Assembly: GCF_055900595.2 (NCBI RefSeq)
Contig: NZ_CM148325.1
Length of the DNA stretch: 64,000 bases
Reading direction: 5' to 3' (one strand)
The notes under the pieces: generated by a model
Told to the model about the DNA's origin: nothing
Seen by the model: the letters and a program-made list of their open reading frames with translations, nothing else
Database searches by the model: none
Program-made: the position numbers and the translations under genes
In this document: one piece after another, positions 1 through 12,095 of the stretch
How positions within the stretch are numbered: position 1 is the stretch's first letter
Layout: each line of letters starts with the position of its first letter

Positions 1-1031
1 CGTTTTTATCCTCCGGCATTCTGGAATTCTTTACCTCGCTGTCGATTGCTCTGGTGGCGGTCTATTTTGGTTTCTCCTATCTCGGTGAGCTGAATTTTGG
101 TCACTACGATACTGGCGTGACGCTAGCTGCGGGTTTTCTGGCCCTGATCCTTGCGCCGGAGTTTTTCCAGCCATTGCGCGATCTGGGTACGTTTTATCAT
201 GCTAAAGCCCAGGCTGTTGGCGCGGCGGACAGTCTGAAAACGTTTATGGAAACCCCGCTCGCCCATCCGCAGCGCGGTGAGGCTGAATTAACGTCGACCG
301 ATCCGGTGACCATTGAGGCCGAGGATCTGTTTATCACGTCGCCGGAAGGTAAAACGCTGGCAGGTCCGTTGAACTTTACTTTGCCAGCAGGCCAACGAGC
401 GGTGTTGGTTGGTCGTAGCGGTTCAGGTAAAAGCTCACTACTGAATGCGCTTTCCGGTTTTCTTTCATATCAGGGATCGCTACGAATCAACGGAATAGAA
501 TTACGTGATTTATCACCGGAATCATGGCGTAAGCATCTCTCCTGGGTTGGTCAAAATCCACAATTACCAGCAGCAACACTACGAGATAACGTACTGCTGG
601 CACGACCTGATGCCAGCGAACAAGAGTTACAAACAGCACTGGATAACGCGTGGGTCAGTGAGTTTCTACCGCTCCTGCCACAAGGAGTTGATACGCCTGT
701 TGGCGACCAGGCTGCCCGCCTTTCCGTAGGCCAGGCACAACGTGTGGCGGTGGCGCGTGCATTACTGAATCCCTGTTCGCTATTACTGTTGGATGAACCC
801 GCAGCAAGCCTTGATGCTCACAGTGAACAGCGCGTAATGGAGGCGCTGAATGCCGCCTCTCTGCACCAGACAACGTTAATGGTCACCCACCAGTTAGAAG
901 ATCTTGCTGACTGGGATGTCATTTGGGTAATGCAGGATGGTCAGATTATCGAGCAAGGACGTTACGCGGAATTAAGCGTGGCTGGTGGTCCTTTCGCCAC
1001 ATTGCTGGCCCATCGTCAGGAGGAGATTTAA
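1..1031 (+). CDS. cydD: ABC exporter CydD (glutathione/cysteine export, cytochrome bd assembly); 3' portion only, 5' end lies outside the window
   Basis: Open frame runs from the window edge to the TAA at 1029-1031; Walker A GRSGSGKSS, ABC signature LSVGQAQR, Walker B LLLLDEP; followed directly by cydC. Confidence 0.9.
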   Translation, partial: FLSSGILEFFTSLSIALVAVYFGFSYLGELNFGHYDTGVTLAAGFLALILAPEFFQPLRDLGTFYHAKAQAVGAADSLKTFMETPLAHPQRGEAELTSTDPVTIEAEDLFITSPEGKTLAGPLNFTLPAGQRAVLVGRSGSGKSSLLNALSGFLSYQGSLRINGIELRDLSPESWRKHLSWVGQNPQLPAATLRDNVLLARPDASEQELQTALDNAWVSEFLPLLPQGVDTPVGDQAARLSVGQAQRVAVARALLNPCSLLLLDEPAASLDAHSEQRVMEALNAASLHQTTLMVTHQLEDLADWDVIWVMQDGQIIEQGRYAELSVAGGPFATLLAHRQEEI

Positions 1032-2753
1032 ATGCGCGCTTTGCTACCCTATCTGGCACTGTATAAACGTCATAAATGGATGTTAAGTCTTGGTATTGTG
1101 CTGGCAATTGTCACGCTGCTCGCCAGTATCGGTCTGTTGACACTTTCCGGCTGGTTCCTCTCGGCCTCAGCGGTAGCGGGGGTTGCCGGACTGTACAGCT
1201 TCAACTATATGCTACCCGCTGCGGGCGTGCGTGGTGCAGCAATCACCCGTACTGCCGGGCGCTATTTTGAACGTCTGGTAAGTCACGACGCGACTTTCCG
1301 CGTGTTGCAGCATCTGCGTATTTACACCTTCAGCAAATTGCTCCCCCTCTCCCCTGCCGGACTGGCGCGCTATCGTCAGGGCGAATTGCTCAACCGCGTG
1401 GTGGCGGATGTTGATACGCTCGATCATCTTTACCTGCGCGTTATCTCGCCGCTGGTGGGCGCTTTTGTGGTGATTATGGTGGTGACAATCGGGTTAAGTT
1501 TCCTTGATTTCACCCTCGCCTTTACGCTGGGCGGCATTATGTTACTGACGCTTTTGCTGATGCCACCGCTGTTTTATCGTGCGGGAAAAAGCACCGGGCA
1601 AAATCTGACTCATCTTCGCGGGCAGTATCGCCAACAACTGACAGCCTGGCTGCAAGGGCAAGCTGAGCTGACCATTTTTGGTGCCAGCGATCGTTATCGC
1701 ACGCAATTAGAGAATACTGAAATTCAGTGGCTGGAAGCGCAACGCCGTCAATCTGAACTGACAGCTTTGTCGCAAGCAATAATGCTGTTAATTGGCGCGT
1801 TAGCGGTGATCCTGATGCTGTGGATGGCGTCTGGCGGCGTTGGTGGCAATACTCAACCAGGCGCGTTAATTGCCCTGTTTGTCTTCTGTGCGTTAGCCGC
1901 GTTTGAAGCACTGGCACCGGTAACGGGTGCATTTCAGCATCTGGGGCAAGTCATTGCCTCTGCCGTACGGATCACTGATTTAACGGATCAAAAACCGGAA
2001 GTCACCTTCCCTGATACCCAAACCCATGTTGCCGATCGTGTTTCGCTGACGTTACGGGATGTTCAGTTCACTTATCCGGAGCAGTCCCAACAGGCACTTA
2101 AAGGGATTTCTCTTCAGGTAAACGCCGGAGAACATATGGCGATTCTCGGGCGAACCGGATGCGGCAAATCAACACTGTTACAACTGCTGACCCGCGCATG
2201 GGACCCGCAACAGGGCGAGATTTTGCTTAACGATAGCCCCATAGCCAGCCTGAATGAAGCGACTCTACGACAGACCATCAGCGTTGTTCCTCAGCGAGTG
2301 CATCTGTTTAGCGCCACGCTGCGTGATAATCTGTTACTCGCCTCCCCTGGCAGTAGTGATGAAGTTTTGGCGGAGATCTTGCGTCGAGTTGGTCTGGAGA
2401 AGCTGCTCGAGGATGCAGGTCTCAACAGTTGGTTAGGTGAAGGCGGACGCCAGCTCTCCGGTGGTGAACTGCGCCGTCTGGCTATCGCCCGTGCGCTGTT
2501 ACATGATGCGCCACTGGTATTGCTGGATGAACCTACCGAAGGCTTAGATGCCACAACTGAAAGTCAGATCCTTGAATTACTTGCAGAAATGATGCGTGAG
2601 AAAACGGTGTTAATGGTCACCCATCGACTTCGCGGGCTCTCTCGTTTCCAGCAAATAATAGTGATGGACAACGGGCAAATTATTGAGCAAGGTACTCACG
2701 CAGAACTGCTTGCCAGACAGGGGCGTTATTACCAGTTTAAGCAGGGTTTGTAA
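1032..2753 (+). CDS. cydC: ABC exporter CydC (permease/ATPase fusion)
   Basis: 573-aa ORF; N-terminal transmembrane region then Walker A GRTGCGKST, signature LSGGELRR, Walker B LVLLDEPT; ATG immediately after the cydD stop. Confidence 0.92.
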   Translation: MRALLPYLALYKRHKWMLSLGIVLAIVTLLASIGLLTLSGWFLSASAVAGVAGLYSFNYMLPAAGVRGAAITRTAGRYFERLVSHDATFRVLQHLRIYTFSKLLPLSPAGLARYRQGELLNRVVADVDTLDHLYLRVISPLVGAFVVIMVVTIGLSFLDFTLAFTLGGIMLLTLLLMPPLFYRAGKSTGQNLTHLRGQYRQQLTAWLQGQAELTIFGASDRYRTQLENTEIQWLEAQRRQSELTALSQAIMLLIGALAVILMLWMASGGVGGNTQPGALIALFVFCALAAFEALAPVTGAFQHLGQVIASAVRITDLTDQKPEVTFPDTQTHVADRVSLTLRDVQFTYPEQSQQALKGISLQVNAGEHMAILGRTGCGKSTLLQLLTRAWDPQQGEILLNDSPIASLNEATLRQTISVVPQRVHLFSATLRDNLLLASPGSSDEVLAEILRRVGLEKLLEDAGLNSWLGEGGRQLSGGELRRLAIARALLHDAPLVLLDEPTEGLDATTESQILELLAEMMREKTVLMVTHRLRGLSRFQQIIVMDNGQIIEQGTHAELLARQGRYYQFKQGL

Positions 2754-2794
2754 GCTATTATTGAACGATCCGACTTGCGTGGAGTTTTGCGGTC

Positions 2795-3499
2795 ATGCGC
2801 CTGGTTCAGCTTTCTCGCCATTCAATAGCCTTCCCTTCCCCGGAAGGCGCATTACGTGAGCCTAACGGCCTGCTGGCACTGGGGGGCGATCTTAGCCCTG
2901 CGCGCCTGTTAATGGCTTACCAGCGTGGTATTTTTCCGTGGTTTTCTCCAGGCGACCCCATCCTCTGGTGGTCGCCCGATCCTCGCGCGGTGCTATGGCC
3001 AGAATCACTGCATATCAGCCGTAGTATGAAGCGATTTCATAAACGCTCGCCCTATCGTGTCACGATGAATTACGCCTTTGGTCAGGTCATTGAAGGCTGT
3101 GCCAGCGATCGCGAAGAAGGAACCTGGATCACGCGTGGCGTGGTCGAAGCCTACCATCGTCTTCACGAACTCGGTCATGCCCACTCCATCGAAGTCTGGT
3201 GTGAAGATGAGCTTGTTGGCGGTATGTACGGCGTGGCCCAGGGAACGCTATTTTGTGGCGAGTCCATGTTCAGCCGGATGGAAAACGCGTCCAAAACGGC
3301 GCTACTGGTCTTCTGTGAGGAATTTATCCGTCACGGTGGCAAACTTATCGACTGCCAGGTCCTTAACGATCACACAGCTTCGCTTGGTGCCTGCGAAATT
3401 CCCCGCCGGGATTATCTAAATTATCTCAATCAAATGCGCCTCGGACGATTGCCGAATAATTTCTGGGTACCACGGTGCTTGTTTTCACCACAAGAATGA
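2795..3499 (+). CDS. aat: Leucyl/phenylalanyl-tRNA--protein transferase
   Basis: 234-aa ORF in the conserved position between cydC and infA. Confidence 0.88.
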   Translation: MRLVQLSRHSIAFPSPEGALREPNGLLALGGDLSPARLLMAYQRGIFPWFSPGDPILWWSPDPRAVLWPESLHISRSMKRFHKRSPYRVTMNYAFGQVIEGCASDREEGTWITRGVVEAYHRLHELGHAHSIEVWCEDELVGGMYGVAQGTLFCGESMFSRMENASKTALLVFCEEFIRHGGKLIDCQVLNDHTASLGACEIPRRDYLNYLNQMRLGRLPNNFWVPRCLFSPQE

Positions 3500-3780
3500 A
3501 TGTTTTCGGCACTTTTCTCCCCAGAGTGTTATAATTGCGGTCGCAGAGTTGGTTACGCTCATTACCCCGCTGCCGATAAGGAATTTTTCGCGTCAGGTAA
3601 CGCCCATCGTTTATCTCACCGCTCCCTTATACGTTGCGCTTTTGGTGCGGCTTAGCCGTGTGTTTTCGGAGTAATGTGCCGAACCTGTTTGTTGCGATTT
3701 AGCGCGCAAATCTTTACTTATTTACAGAACTTCGGCATTATCTTGCCGGTTCAAATTACGGTAGTGATACCCCAGAGGAT

Positions 3781-4002
<222 letters not shown>

Positions 4003-4041
4003 TTGTTTTACCGCCTGATGGGCGAAGAGAAAGAACGAGTA

Positions 4042-4071
4042 AAAGGTCGGTTTAACCGGCCTTTTTATTTT
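4042..4071 (+). terminator. Intrinsic terminator downstream of infA
   Basis: Imperfect GC stem aaaggtcgg/ccggccttt followed by tttttatttt. Confidence 0.6.
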
Positions 4072-4249
4072 GTACGAAGAACGCTGGAAGTATAAGTACA
4101 TAACTTGTCTCGATGTAGATATACTGCACAACTTGTTTACAGTATGAGCAAACGAGAATTGTCAGTAAAATTCTTCTTGACCGTTTTACTCCAACTCCCT
4201 ATAGTAGCGCCCCGTTGCCCCCCCATGAGGTCAGGCAGCAAAACAATTT

Positions 4250-4337
4250 GGTGAGGTGTCCGAGTGGCTGAAGGAGCACGCCTGGAAAGTGTGTATACGG
4301 CAACGTATCGGGGGTTCGAATCCCCCCCTCACCGCCA
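4250..4337 (+). tRNA. serW: tRNA-Ser (anticodon GGA)
   Basis: 88-nt sequence ggtgaggtgtccgagtggctgaagg...ggttcgaatccccccctcaccgcca with long variable arm, anticodon loop ccuGGAaag, T-loop GGTTCGAATCC and encoded 3' CCA. Confidence 0.95.
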
Positions 4338-4348
4338 TATTTGAAGAA

Positions 4349-4379
4349 GAGCTCGTACGAAAGTACGGGCTTTTTTTTC
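4349..4379 (+). terminator. Intrinsic terminator after serW
   Basis: Stem agctcgtac/gtacgggct with gaaa loop, followed by a run of 8 T. Confidence 0.75.
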
Positions 4380-4388
4380 GCATTTTAT

Positions 4389-4468
4389 CTGCCTGTACGG
4401 CAGTGAACGGTATAAAAATCGAGTTTTCCTTTCGGTTGGCTTTCTAAGCTGCCTGTACGGCAGTGAAC
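4389..4468. repeat. Two direct copies of the 20-bp motif ctgcctgtacggcagtgaac, 60 bp apart
   Basis: Exact 20-mer at 4389-4408 and 4449-4468; each copy has a short internal dyad ctgcc...ggcag. Confidence 0.8.
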
Positions 4469-4617
4469 TCAAATACTACACGTCTAGCCCGTTGTTAATA
4501 AAGCAAAACCATCTCATTTTCCTGCTGCCCCCCCTTTTTTATCCTTACCTTTCAGCTGCACTACTTATCAACAACTTACCATCATCATCAAAAAAAGGGT
4601 CTGAACCTCCTCCACCC

Positions 4618-4660
4618 CATAAATAAAAAGTCCGTAACCTCTTTCGAGATTACGGACTTC
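4618..4660 (-). terminator. Intrinsic terminator of clpA
   Basis: Stem aagtccgtaa/ttacggactt just 3' of the clpA stop; on the minus strand it is followed by ttttattt. Confidence 0.7.
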
Positions 4661-4682
4661 ACCAACCTACCTAACAATTAGA

Positions 4683-6959
4683 TTAATGCGCTGCTTCCGC
4701 CTTGTGCTTTTGTGCACTCTGAAATCCGTAAGTCAGCTCATTTTTCTCTTTATCCAGCGCAACCGTCACCTGACCGCCGTCCACCAGCGAACCAAACAAC
4801 AGTTCGTTGGCGAGCGGTTTTTTCAGGTTGTCCTGGATGACACGCGCCATCGGACGTGCGCCCATTGCCCGGTCGTAACCTTTCTCGGCCAGCCAGTTAC
4901 GCGCTTCCTGGCTCACTTCCAGAGAAACACCTTTCTGATCCAACTGAACCTGCAACTCGACGATGAATTTATCCACTACCTGATGGATCACGTCGGTGGA
5001 GAGATGATCGAACCAGATAATGTTGTCGAGACGGTTACGGAATTCCGGTGTAAAGATCTTCTTGATCTCTTCCATCGCATCGGTGCTGTTATCCTGGTGG
5101 ATAAGACCAATGGATTTACGCTCAGTTTCCCGTACCCCGGCATTAGTGGTCATCACCAGCACCACGTTACGGAAGTCCGCTTTGCGTCCGTTGTTATCGG
5201 TCAGCGTACCGTTGTCCATCACCTGCAACAGAATATTGAACACGTCCGGGTGCGCTTTCTCGATTTCGTCCAGCAGCAGCACCGCATGAGGATGCTTGAT
5301 GACCGCATCAGTCAGCAAACCGCCCTGATCAAAACCAACGTATCCCGGAGGCGCACCAATCAGACGGCTGACGGTATGGCGTTCCATATACTCGGACATA
5401 TCAAAGCGCAGAAGCTCAATGCCCAAAGCTTTCGAAAGCTGTACCGTCACCTCTGTTTTCCCGACCCCGGTAGGGCCGGCAAACAGGAACGAACCGACTG
5501 GTTTATGTTCGTGACCTAAACCTGCACGCGCCATCTTAATGGCTTCAGTCAGCGCCTCAATGGCTTTATCCTGACCGAAGACCAGCATTTTCAGGCGATC
5601 GCTGAGGTTTTTCAGGGTATCGCGGTCACTCTGAGAAACACTCTTCTCTGGAATGCGCGCAATACGGGCCACCACGGACTCAATATCCGCCACATTAACG
5701 GTTTTCTTGCGTTTGCTTACCGGCATCAGGCGTGCGCGAGCGCCCGCTTCGTCGATAACGTCAATGGCTTTATCCGGCAGATGACGATCGTTAATGTATT
5801 TCACCGCCAGCTCTACCGCTGCACGCACCGCTTTTGCGGTATAACGCACGTCATGGTGCGCTTCGTACTTCGGTTTCAGGCCGTTGATGATCTGTACGGT
5901 TTCTTCGATCGACGGTTCAGTAATATCAATTTTCTGGAAGCGACGCGCCAGAGCACGGTCTTTCTCGAAAATGTTGCTGAACTCCTGATAGGTTGTCGAA
6001 CCAATTACGCGAATTTTACCGCTTGAGAGCAACGGTTTGATCAGGTTAGCCGCATCAACCTGACCACCAGAGGCTGCACCCGCACCGATAATGGTGTGGA
6101 TCTCATCAATAAACAGGATGCTGTTAGTGTCCTGCTCCAGCTGCTTGAGCAACGCTTTAAAACGTTTTTCAAAGTCGCCGCGATATTTTGTGCCCGCTAA
6201 CAGAGAACCGATATCGAGAGAGTAAATCGTACAGTCAGCCATCACTTCCGGCACATCGCCCTGTACAATTCGCCAGGCAAGACCTTCCGCAATCGCGGTT
6301 TTGCCGACACCGGATTCCCCCACCAGCAGCGGGTTGTTTTTACGGCGACGGCAGAGAACCTGAATAGCACGCTCCAGCTCCTTCTCACGACCAATCAGTG
6401 GGTCGATTCCGCCCACACGCGCAAGCTGATTCAGGTTCGTCGTGAAATTCTCCATACGTTCCTCCCCACCAGCTTGTTCTTCGCTGTTTGGCTGGCTGCC
6501 AGGATCAGAAGACTGTGTCGGCTCGTCTTTACGCGTGCCATGAGAGATAAAGTTCACCACATCGAGACGGCTGACTTCATGTTTGCGCAACAGATATGCC
6601 GCCTGCGACTCCTGTTCGCTAAAGATAGCGACCAGAACGTTTGCACCGGTAACCTCATTGCGACCGGAGGACTGGACATGGAAGACCGCACGTTGCAGTA
6701 CACGCTGAAAACTCAGCGTTGGCTGTGTGTCGCGCTCCTCTTCACTGGCAGGCAGAACGGGTGTGGTTTGTTCAATAAAGGCTTCCAGTTCCTGACGGAG
6801 CGCAACCAAATCCACGGAACACGCTTCCAGCGCCTCCCGGGCAGATGGGTTACTGAGCAGCGCCAGTAACAAGTGCTCGACGGTCATAAACTCATGACGG
6901 TGCTCGCGCGCTCTGGCGAAAGCCATATTTAAACTGAGTTCCAGTTCTTGATTGAGCAT
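4683..6959 (-). CDS. clpA: ATP-dependent Clp protease ATP-binding subunit ClpA
   Basis: 758 aa from [11 protein letters not shown]; two AAA+ modules with Walker A GESGVGKT and GPTGVGKT; the ORF track adds 5 upstream codons. Confidence 0.95.
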   Translation of the reverse strand: MLNQELELSLNMAFARAREHRHEFMTVEHLLLALLSNPSAREALEACSVDLVALRQELEAFIEQTTPVLPASEEERDTQPTLSFQRVLQRAVFHVQSSGRNEVTGANVLVAIFSEQESQAAYLLRKHEVSRLDVVNFISHGTRKDEPTQSSDPGSQPNSEEQAGGEERMENFTTNLNQLARVGGIDPLIGREKELERAIQVLCRRRKNNPLLVGESGVGKTAIAEGLAWRIVQGDVPEVMADCTIYSLDIGSLLAGTKYRGDFEKRFKALLKQLEQDTNSILFIDEIHTIIGAGAASGGQVDAANLIKPLLSSGKIRVIGSTTYQEFSNIFEKDRALARRFQKIDITEPSIEETVQIINGLKPKYEAHHDVRYTAKAVRAAVELAVKYINDRHLPDKAIDVIDEAGARARLMPVSKRKKTVNVADIESVVARIARIPEKSVSQSDRDTLKNLSDRLKMLVFGQDKAIEALTEAIKMARAGLGHEHKPVGSFLFAGPTGVGKTEVTVQLSKALGIELLRFDMSEYMERHTVSRLIGAPPGYVGFDQGGLLTDAVIKHPHAVLLLDEIEKAHPDVFNILLQVMDNGTLTDNNGRKADFRNVVLVMTTNAGVRETERKSIGLIHQDNSTDAMEEIKKIFTPEFRNRLDNIIWFDHLSTDVIHQVVDKFIVELQVQLDQKGVSLEVSQEARNWLAEKGYDRAMGARPMARVIQDNLKKPLANELLFGSLVDGGQVTVALDKEKNELTYGFQSAQKHKAEAAH

Positions 6960-6989
6960 AGGCACCTCCCCCAATTTTTATGCCTGCAT

Positions 6990-7310
6990 TCAGGCTTTTT
7001 CTAGCGTACACAGCAATGGATGCTCATTCTCCCTCGCGTACTTGTTCACCATCGCCACTTTGGTTTCTGCAACCTCGGCGGTAAAGACTCCGCAAATGGC
7101 CTTCCCCTGGTAGTGAACAGCGAGCATCAATTGCGTTGCACGTTCTACATCATAAGAAAAGAATTTTTGTAACACGTCAATAACAAACTCCATCGGAGTG
7201 TAATCATCATTGACTAATATCACTTTATACATAGATGGCGGTTTTAGCGCGTCGCGAACTTTTTCTTCCGCCAGTTGATCAAAGTCCAGCCAGTCGTTCG
7301 TTTTACCCAT
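6990..7310 (-). CDS. clpS: ClpS adaptor protein (N-end rule substrate delivery to ClpAP)
   Basis: 106-aa ORF immediately upstream of clpA on the same strand. Confidence 0.93.
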
Positions 7311-7632
7311 TGTCAGTTATCATCTTCGGTTACGGTTATCGGCAGAACGCCCTGCCGCTGACAAGAGCTTATTTGCCTGACCAATCTACTCCACATGATA
7401 GATAACTATCATCTATCGTTGGCATCAGCGACATCTGTCACATTCCTGTCAATAGCGTTAACTGCTTCAAATTTTTGATTCATACCTGCCCCCTGGCCCC
7501 TGTCAAATGCTTGACGGCTCGCCCTAATTCTCTAAATTGTATTTCTAGAGTTGGCGAGGTTTTGAACAGCCCCCTCTCTGACCCCGGTTTATTCCATCTT
7601 ACTTGTATAAGATTTGCGAAGGATGTCGAAGC

Positions 7633-7857
7633 ATGGAAAAGGGTACTGTTAAGTGGTTCAACAATGCCAAAGGGTTTGGTTTCATCTGCCCTGAAGGCGG
7701 CGGCGAAGATATTTTCGCTCATTATTCCACCATTCAGATGGATGGTTACAGAACGCTAAAAGCTGGACAATCCGTTCAGTTTGATGTCCACCAGGGGCCA
7801 AAAGGCAATCACGCCAGTGTTATTGTGCCCGTCGAAGTAGAAGCGGCAGTCGCATAG
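7633..7857 (+). CDS. cspD: Cold-shock-domain protein CspD
   Basis: 74 aa from MEKGTVKWFNNAKGFGFI (RNP1 motif KGFGFI); ends with TAG. Confidence 0.93.
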   Translation: MEKGTVKWFNNAKGFGFICPEGGGEDIFAHYSTIQMDGYRTLKAGQSVQFDVHQGPKGNHASVIVPVEVEAAVA

Positions 7858-7888
7858 CTCTTCTGTCTCATTGTGTACATCCTAAAGG

Positions 7889-7920
7889 CAAAATGCCAGC
7901 CCGATCGGCTGGCATTTTTA
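7889..7920. terminator. Bidirectional intrinsic terminator between cspD and macB
   Basis: Stem aaaatgccagcc/ggctggcatttt flanked by A-run and T-run. Confidence 0.75.
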
Positions 7921-7929
7921 TCTCAAAAA

Positions 7930-9876
7930 TTACTCTCGTGCCAGAGCATCTACTGGATCCAGTCGTGCCGCATTTCGTGCGGGTAACCAGCCAAATAAAA
8001 TCCCGGTGACCGTCGAGCAGAGAAACGCCAGCAGCAGCGCCAACGGTGAAAAACCAATCTCCCAGCCGGGTAAGAAAAGCTGCAAGGTGAAAGCAATTAA
8101 CAGTGACAGTGTTATTCCCAACGCGCCACCGACCAGGCAAACCAGTACGGCTTCGATCAGAAACTGTTGCAAAACATCGCTTGCTCGCGCACCTACAGCC
8201 ATGCGAATGCCAATTTCCCGCGTCCGCTCGGTCACTGACACCAGCATAATATTCATTACACCAATACCGCCCACCACCAGCGAAATCACCGCCACCAGCG
8301 TCAGAAACAGTTGTAAAGTACGTGTGGTCTTTTCAACGGTTTTCAAGACGCCGTCCATGTTCCAGGTAAAGAAATCCTTCTTACCGTGGCGCAGTGAAAG
8401 TAAACGCGTGAGTTGCTGTTCCGCCTCAGCGCTGTCAAATCCTTCTTTCACCCTGACAGTAATAGAGTTCAGCCACGACTGGCCCATAACTCGCCCGGAC
8501 ATCGTGCTGTAAGGTAACCACACGCGCAGCACTTTACTACTGCCAAACATCGACTGTTTTTCCTCTGCCACGCCGATGACTCTCGCTGGCATATTACCAA
8601 CCAAGATAACCTCGCCAACCACATTTGCTTTATGGGGGAAAAGCTGACGGCGAGTATTACTGTCGAGAACCACGACTTGCGCACGGCCATTCAGCTGTTC
8701 CTGATTAAAGGTATTCCCTTCGCTGAAGGTCATGCCATAGACATTGAAATAATCGCCGCTCACGCCATTGGCACTGGCAGCCACATCAACATTGTTATAA
8801 CGCAGGCGCAGGTTTTGCGAGACGGCAGGTGTGGCTGAGGCGACCCACGGTTGTTTCTGGATGGCAATTAAGTCGTCGTACTTTAGCGCCTGCTGATATT
8901 GCGGATCGTCATCGCCAAAATCTTTTCCGGGATAGACATCGATAGTATTCGTACCAATAGAACGGATATCCGCCAGCACCATTTGTTTGGCGGCATCGCC
9001 CACCACGACAATTGAAACCACCGACGCAATACCGATAATAATCCCCAGCATGGTTAGTAAAGTACGCATTTTATTCGCTGCCAGCGCCCGCCATGCCATC
9101 GTCAGCGCCTCGTTAAAACCGCTGACAAACTGCCGCCAGCCAGAGGCCATTTTGACAACAGGTGCCGTCCCGCCAGCAACATTCACTTTTTCAATGGCGG
9201 GAGGATTGCGCACAATTTCGCCGTCGCGAATTTCGATCACCCGCTCTGCCTGAGCAGCAACCTGCGGATCATGAGTGACGATAATCACCGTATGCCCGCG
9301 ATCGCGCAGCTGATGCAGGATCGCCATTACCTCCTCACCGGAATGGCTGTCCAGTGCGCCTGTCGGTTCATCGGCAAGAATTACCTGACCGCCGTTCATC
9401 AATGCCCGCGCGATGCTGACGCGCTGTTGCTGACCACCCGAAAGCTGTGCCGGATAATACTCTGTACGGTCTTCAAGCCCCAGTCGTTGCAATAACTTCT
9501 GGGCACGAAGCAGTCGCTGTTTCCGCTCAAGACCCGCATAGACGGCGGGTACTTCAACATTCTGCTCGGCGGTTAAATGTGAAAGCAAATGGTAACGCTG
9601 GAAAATAAAGCCGAAGTGTTCGCGACGCAGTTGCGCCAGCGCATCGGCGTCCAGCATGGCAACATCCTGACCGGCGACGCGATAGGTGCCGCTGGTGGCC
9701 TTATCCAGGCAGCCGAGAATATTCATCAGGGTCGATTTACCGGAACCCGAAGCGCCGACAATCGCCACCATCTCACCAGCATAAATATCGAGGGTGATGC
9801 CCTTCAGCACCTCAACCTGCTCATCACCGGCAGGATAGCTGCGACGAATATCCTTTAATTCGAGCAAGGGCGTCAT
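7930..9876 (-). CDS. macB: Macrolide export ABC transporter MacB (ATPase/permease)
   Basis: 648-aa ORF; N-terminal Walker [10 protein letters not shown], signature LSGGQQQR, Walker [13 protein letters not shown]-terminal transmembrane domain. Confidence 0.93.
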   Translation of the reverse strand: MTPLLELKDIRRSYPAGDEQVEVLKGITLDIYAGEMVAIVGASGSGKSTLMNILGCLDKATSGTYRVAGQDVAMLDADALAQLRREHFGFIFQRYHLLSHLTAEQNVEVPAVYAGLERKQRLLRAQKLLQRLGLEDRTEYYPAQLSGGQQQRVSIARALMNGGQVILADEPTGALDSHSGEEVMAILHQLRDRGHTVIIVTHDPQVAAQAERVIEIRDGEIVRNPPAIEKVNVAGGTAPVVKMASGWRQFVSGFNEALTMAWRALAANKMRTLLTMLGIIIGIASVVSIVVVGDAAKQMVLADIRSIGTNTIDVYPGKDFGDDDPQYQQALKYDDLIAIQKQPWVASATPAVSQNLRLRYNNVDVAASANGVSGDYFNVYGMTFSEGNTFNQEQLNGRAQVVVLDSNTRRQLFPHKANVVGEVILVGNMPARVIGVAEEKQSMFGSSKVLRVWLPYSTMSGRVMGQSWLNSITVRVKEGFDSAEAEQQLTRLLSLRHGKKDFFTWNMDGVLKTVEKTTRTLQLFLTLVAVISLVVGGIGVMNIMLVSVTERTREIGIRMAVGARASDVLQQFLIEAVLVCLVGGALGITLSLLIAFTLQLFLPGWEIGFSPLALLLAFLCSTVTGILFGWLPARNAARLDPVDALARE

Positions 9877-10988
9877 TGTGCAGCTCCTGGTTTGGCCTCA
9901 CCAATCACCACTTCATCGCCAGCTTCCAGCCCTTTGACAATCTCAACGTCGGTGTCGTTACGTGCACCAATCGTCACTTCACGTTCGCGTGTTTCACCAT
10001 TACGCAACAATTTGACTTTATAACGATTATCACCGACTGGATCGCCTAACGCCGACAGAGGGATCGTCAGCACATTTTTCACATCGGTGAGTTGAATATG
10101 CACTTGCGCAGTCATATCCAGACGCAGCAAACCATTGGGGTTGGGTACTTCAAAACGGGCGTAATAGAAAATAGCGTCGTTAACCTTTTCCGGCGTCGGT
10201 AGCACATCCTTGATTTGCCCCTCGTAGCGCGTCAGCGGATCGCCAAGCACCGTAAACCAGGCTTTTTGCCCCGGCTTCAGGTGGATTACATCCGCTTCAG
10301 AAACCTGCGCTTTTACCAGCATGGTGCTCATATCTGCCAGCGTCAGAATGTTCGGTGCTTGTTGTGCGGCAATCACCGTCTGGCCTTGCAGAGTGGTGAT
10401 TTGCGTGACTTCCCCGGCCATCGGGGCAACGATGCGGGTGTAATCGAGATTGGTTTTAGCCGTATCGAGTGAGGCCTGATTGCGCTTGATTTGCGCGTCA
10501 ATGGTGCCAATTTGCGCCTGTTTCACAGCCATCTCCGTCGCGGCGGTATCGAGATCCTGCTGTGAAACCGCCTGCGTTTGTGCAAGACGTTGCTGACGGG
10601 AATACGTCACCCGCGCCAGTTTCAGCTCCGCTTCCGCCTGCTGCCGCTGCGCGCGTAGCTCCATCAGCGTTGCTTCCACCTCCTTGATCTGGTTTTCAGC
10701 TTGTTCAGGATCAATAACCCCTAAAAGCTGGTCTTTTTTTACTTTATCGCCAATCGCCACCGACAGCGTTTTCAACTGACCGCTGACCTGTGCACCCACG
10801 TCAACCTTACGCAGCGCGTCCAGCTTTCCGGTCGCCAGCACGCTTTGCTGTAAATCGCCTGGACGCACAATCAGCGTCTGATAAGTCGGCACGGGTGCGT
10901 TAAGAATTCTCCATAACGTAATCAGCCCGGCAATGACTATCACCAGCGCAATAACGTAACGCTTCTTCACGGTTTTCCGCTTTTTCAT
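9873..10988 (-). CDS. macA: Macrolide export membrane fusion protein MacA
   Basis: 371 aa from [16 protein letters not shown]; coiled-coil rich periplasmic adaptor; stop overlaps macB start by 4 nt. Confidence 0.92.
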   Translation of the reverse strand: MKKRKTVKKRYVIALVIVIAGLITLWRILNAPVPTYQTLIVRPGDLQQSVLATGKLDALRKVDVGAQVSGQLKTLSVAIGDKVKKDQLLGVIDPEQAENQIKEVEATLMELRAQRQQAEAELKLARVTYSRQQRLAQTQAVSQQDLDTAATEMAVKQAQIGTIDAQIKRNQASLDTAKTNLDYTRIVAPMAGEVTQITTLQGQTVIAAQQAPNILTLADMSTMLVKAQVSEADVIHLKPGQKAWFTVLGDPLTRYEGQIKDVLPTPEKVNDAIFYYARFEVPNPNGLLRLDMTAQVHIQLTDVKNVLTIPLSALGDPVGDNRYKVKLLRNGETREREVTIGARNDTDVEIVKGLEAGDEVVIGEAKPGAAQ

Positions 10989-11102
10989 AAATATTCTGAA
11001 TACTCCATATGCCAATCCGGGTCATTAACTTCAACGAAATATCAACAAAACCCTAAAATTTACGTTAGTAATCACACTATTGATGTTTGGTTAAGATACG
11101 CC

Positions 11103-12095
11103 ATGGTGAAATCGACGTTATGTATAACCATTGATTTCATGAATATGTCGCAGCTAACTGAACGGACCTTTACGCCATCTGAATCTCTCAGCAGCCTGTC
11201 ACTTTTTCTTAGTCTGGCACGTGGACAGTGTCGGCCGGGTAAATTTTGGCATCGCCGTAGTTTTCGCCAGAAATTTTTGCTGCGCTCGTTGATTATGCCG
11301 CGTTTAAGCGTTGAGTGGATGAACGAACTTTCCCACTGGCCGAATCTCCATGTGTTGTTAACGCGCCAGCCGCGACTGCCTGTGCGTCTGCATCGCCCTT
11401 ACCTTGCGGCGAATCTTAGCCGCAAGCAATTGCTGGAGGCGTTACGTTACCATTATGCATTGCTTCGTGCCTGCATGTCGGCAGAAGAATTCAGCTTATA
11501 TTTGAATACTCCCGGGCTGCAACTGGCGAAGCTGGAAGGCAAAAACGGCGAGCAGTTCACACTTGAGCTGACCATGATGATCTCAATGGATAAAGAAGGT
11601 GACAGCACAATCCTGTTCCGCAACAGCGAAGGTATTCCTCTGGCAGAGATCACCTTTACTCTGTGTGAATACCAGGGGAAAAGAACAATGTTTATTGGCG
11701 GGCTGCAAGGTGCGAAATGGGAAATTCCACATCAGGAAATCCAGAATGCGACGAAAGCCTGCCACGGGCTATTTCCCAAACGTCTCGTGATGGAAGCGGC
11801 CTGTCTGTTTGCCCAACGTTTGCAGGTAGAGCAGATCATTGCCGTCAGCAATGAAACACATATTTACCGCAGCCTGCGTTATCGCGATAAAGAAGGCAAG
11901 ATCCATGCTGATTACAACGCGTTCTGGGAGTCGGTTGGCGGCGTATGTGATGCTGAACGCCATTACCGCCTTCCGGCACAGATAGCACGAAAAGAGATTG
12001 CCGAAATCGCCAGTAAAAAACGGGCTGAATACCGTCGGCGCTATGAGATGCTCGACGCTATTCAGCCACAAATGGCCACGATGTTTCGCGGTTAA
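11103..12095 (+). CDS. ybjX: VirK/YbjX-family protein
   Basis: 330-aa ORF divergent from macA, in the position of ybjX; start codon not verified. Confidence 0.8.
   Translation: MVKSTLCITIDFMNMSQLTERTFTPSESLSSLSLFLSLARGQCRPGKFWHRRSFRQKFLLRSLIMPRLSVEWMNELSHWPNLHVLLTRQPRLPVRLHRPYLAANLSRKQLLEALRYHYALLRACMSAEEFSLYLNTPGLQLAKLEGKNGEQFTLELTMMISMDKEGDSTILFRNSEGIPLAEITFTLCEYQGKRTMFIGGLQGAKWEIPHQEIQNATKACHGLFPKRLVMEAACLFAQRLQVEQIIAVSNETHIYRSLRYRDKEGKIHADYNAFWESVGGVCDAERHYRLPAQIARKEIAEIASKKRAEYRRRYEMLDAIQPQMATMFRG

Noticed and set aside
4256-4447. 63-aa ORF overlapping the serW tRNA and its terminator
   Set aside because: Overlaps a confidently identified tRNA gene and terminator hairpin; artefact of ORF calling
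4686-5519. 277-aa + strand ORF, plus other ORFs at 5020-5289, 5781-6026 and 6474-6869, lying antisense within clpA
   Set aside because: Entirely embedded antisense to a well-supported conserved gene; no RBS or independent signal; typical shadow ORFs of a GC-balanced coding region
8006-8512. 168-aa + strand ORF antisense within macB, and similar ORFs antisense within macA, ybjD, hcp, hcr, poxB, potG/H/I, rimK, nfsA, mdfA, dacC, yliI, rimO, dgcI, pdeI and gsiB/C/D
   Set aside because: Shadow ORFs inside conserved genes; low-complexity or Arg/Ser-rich translations with no domain signatures
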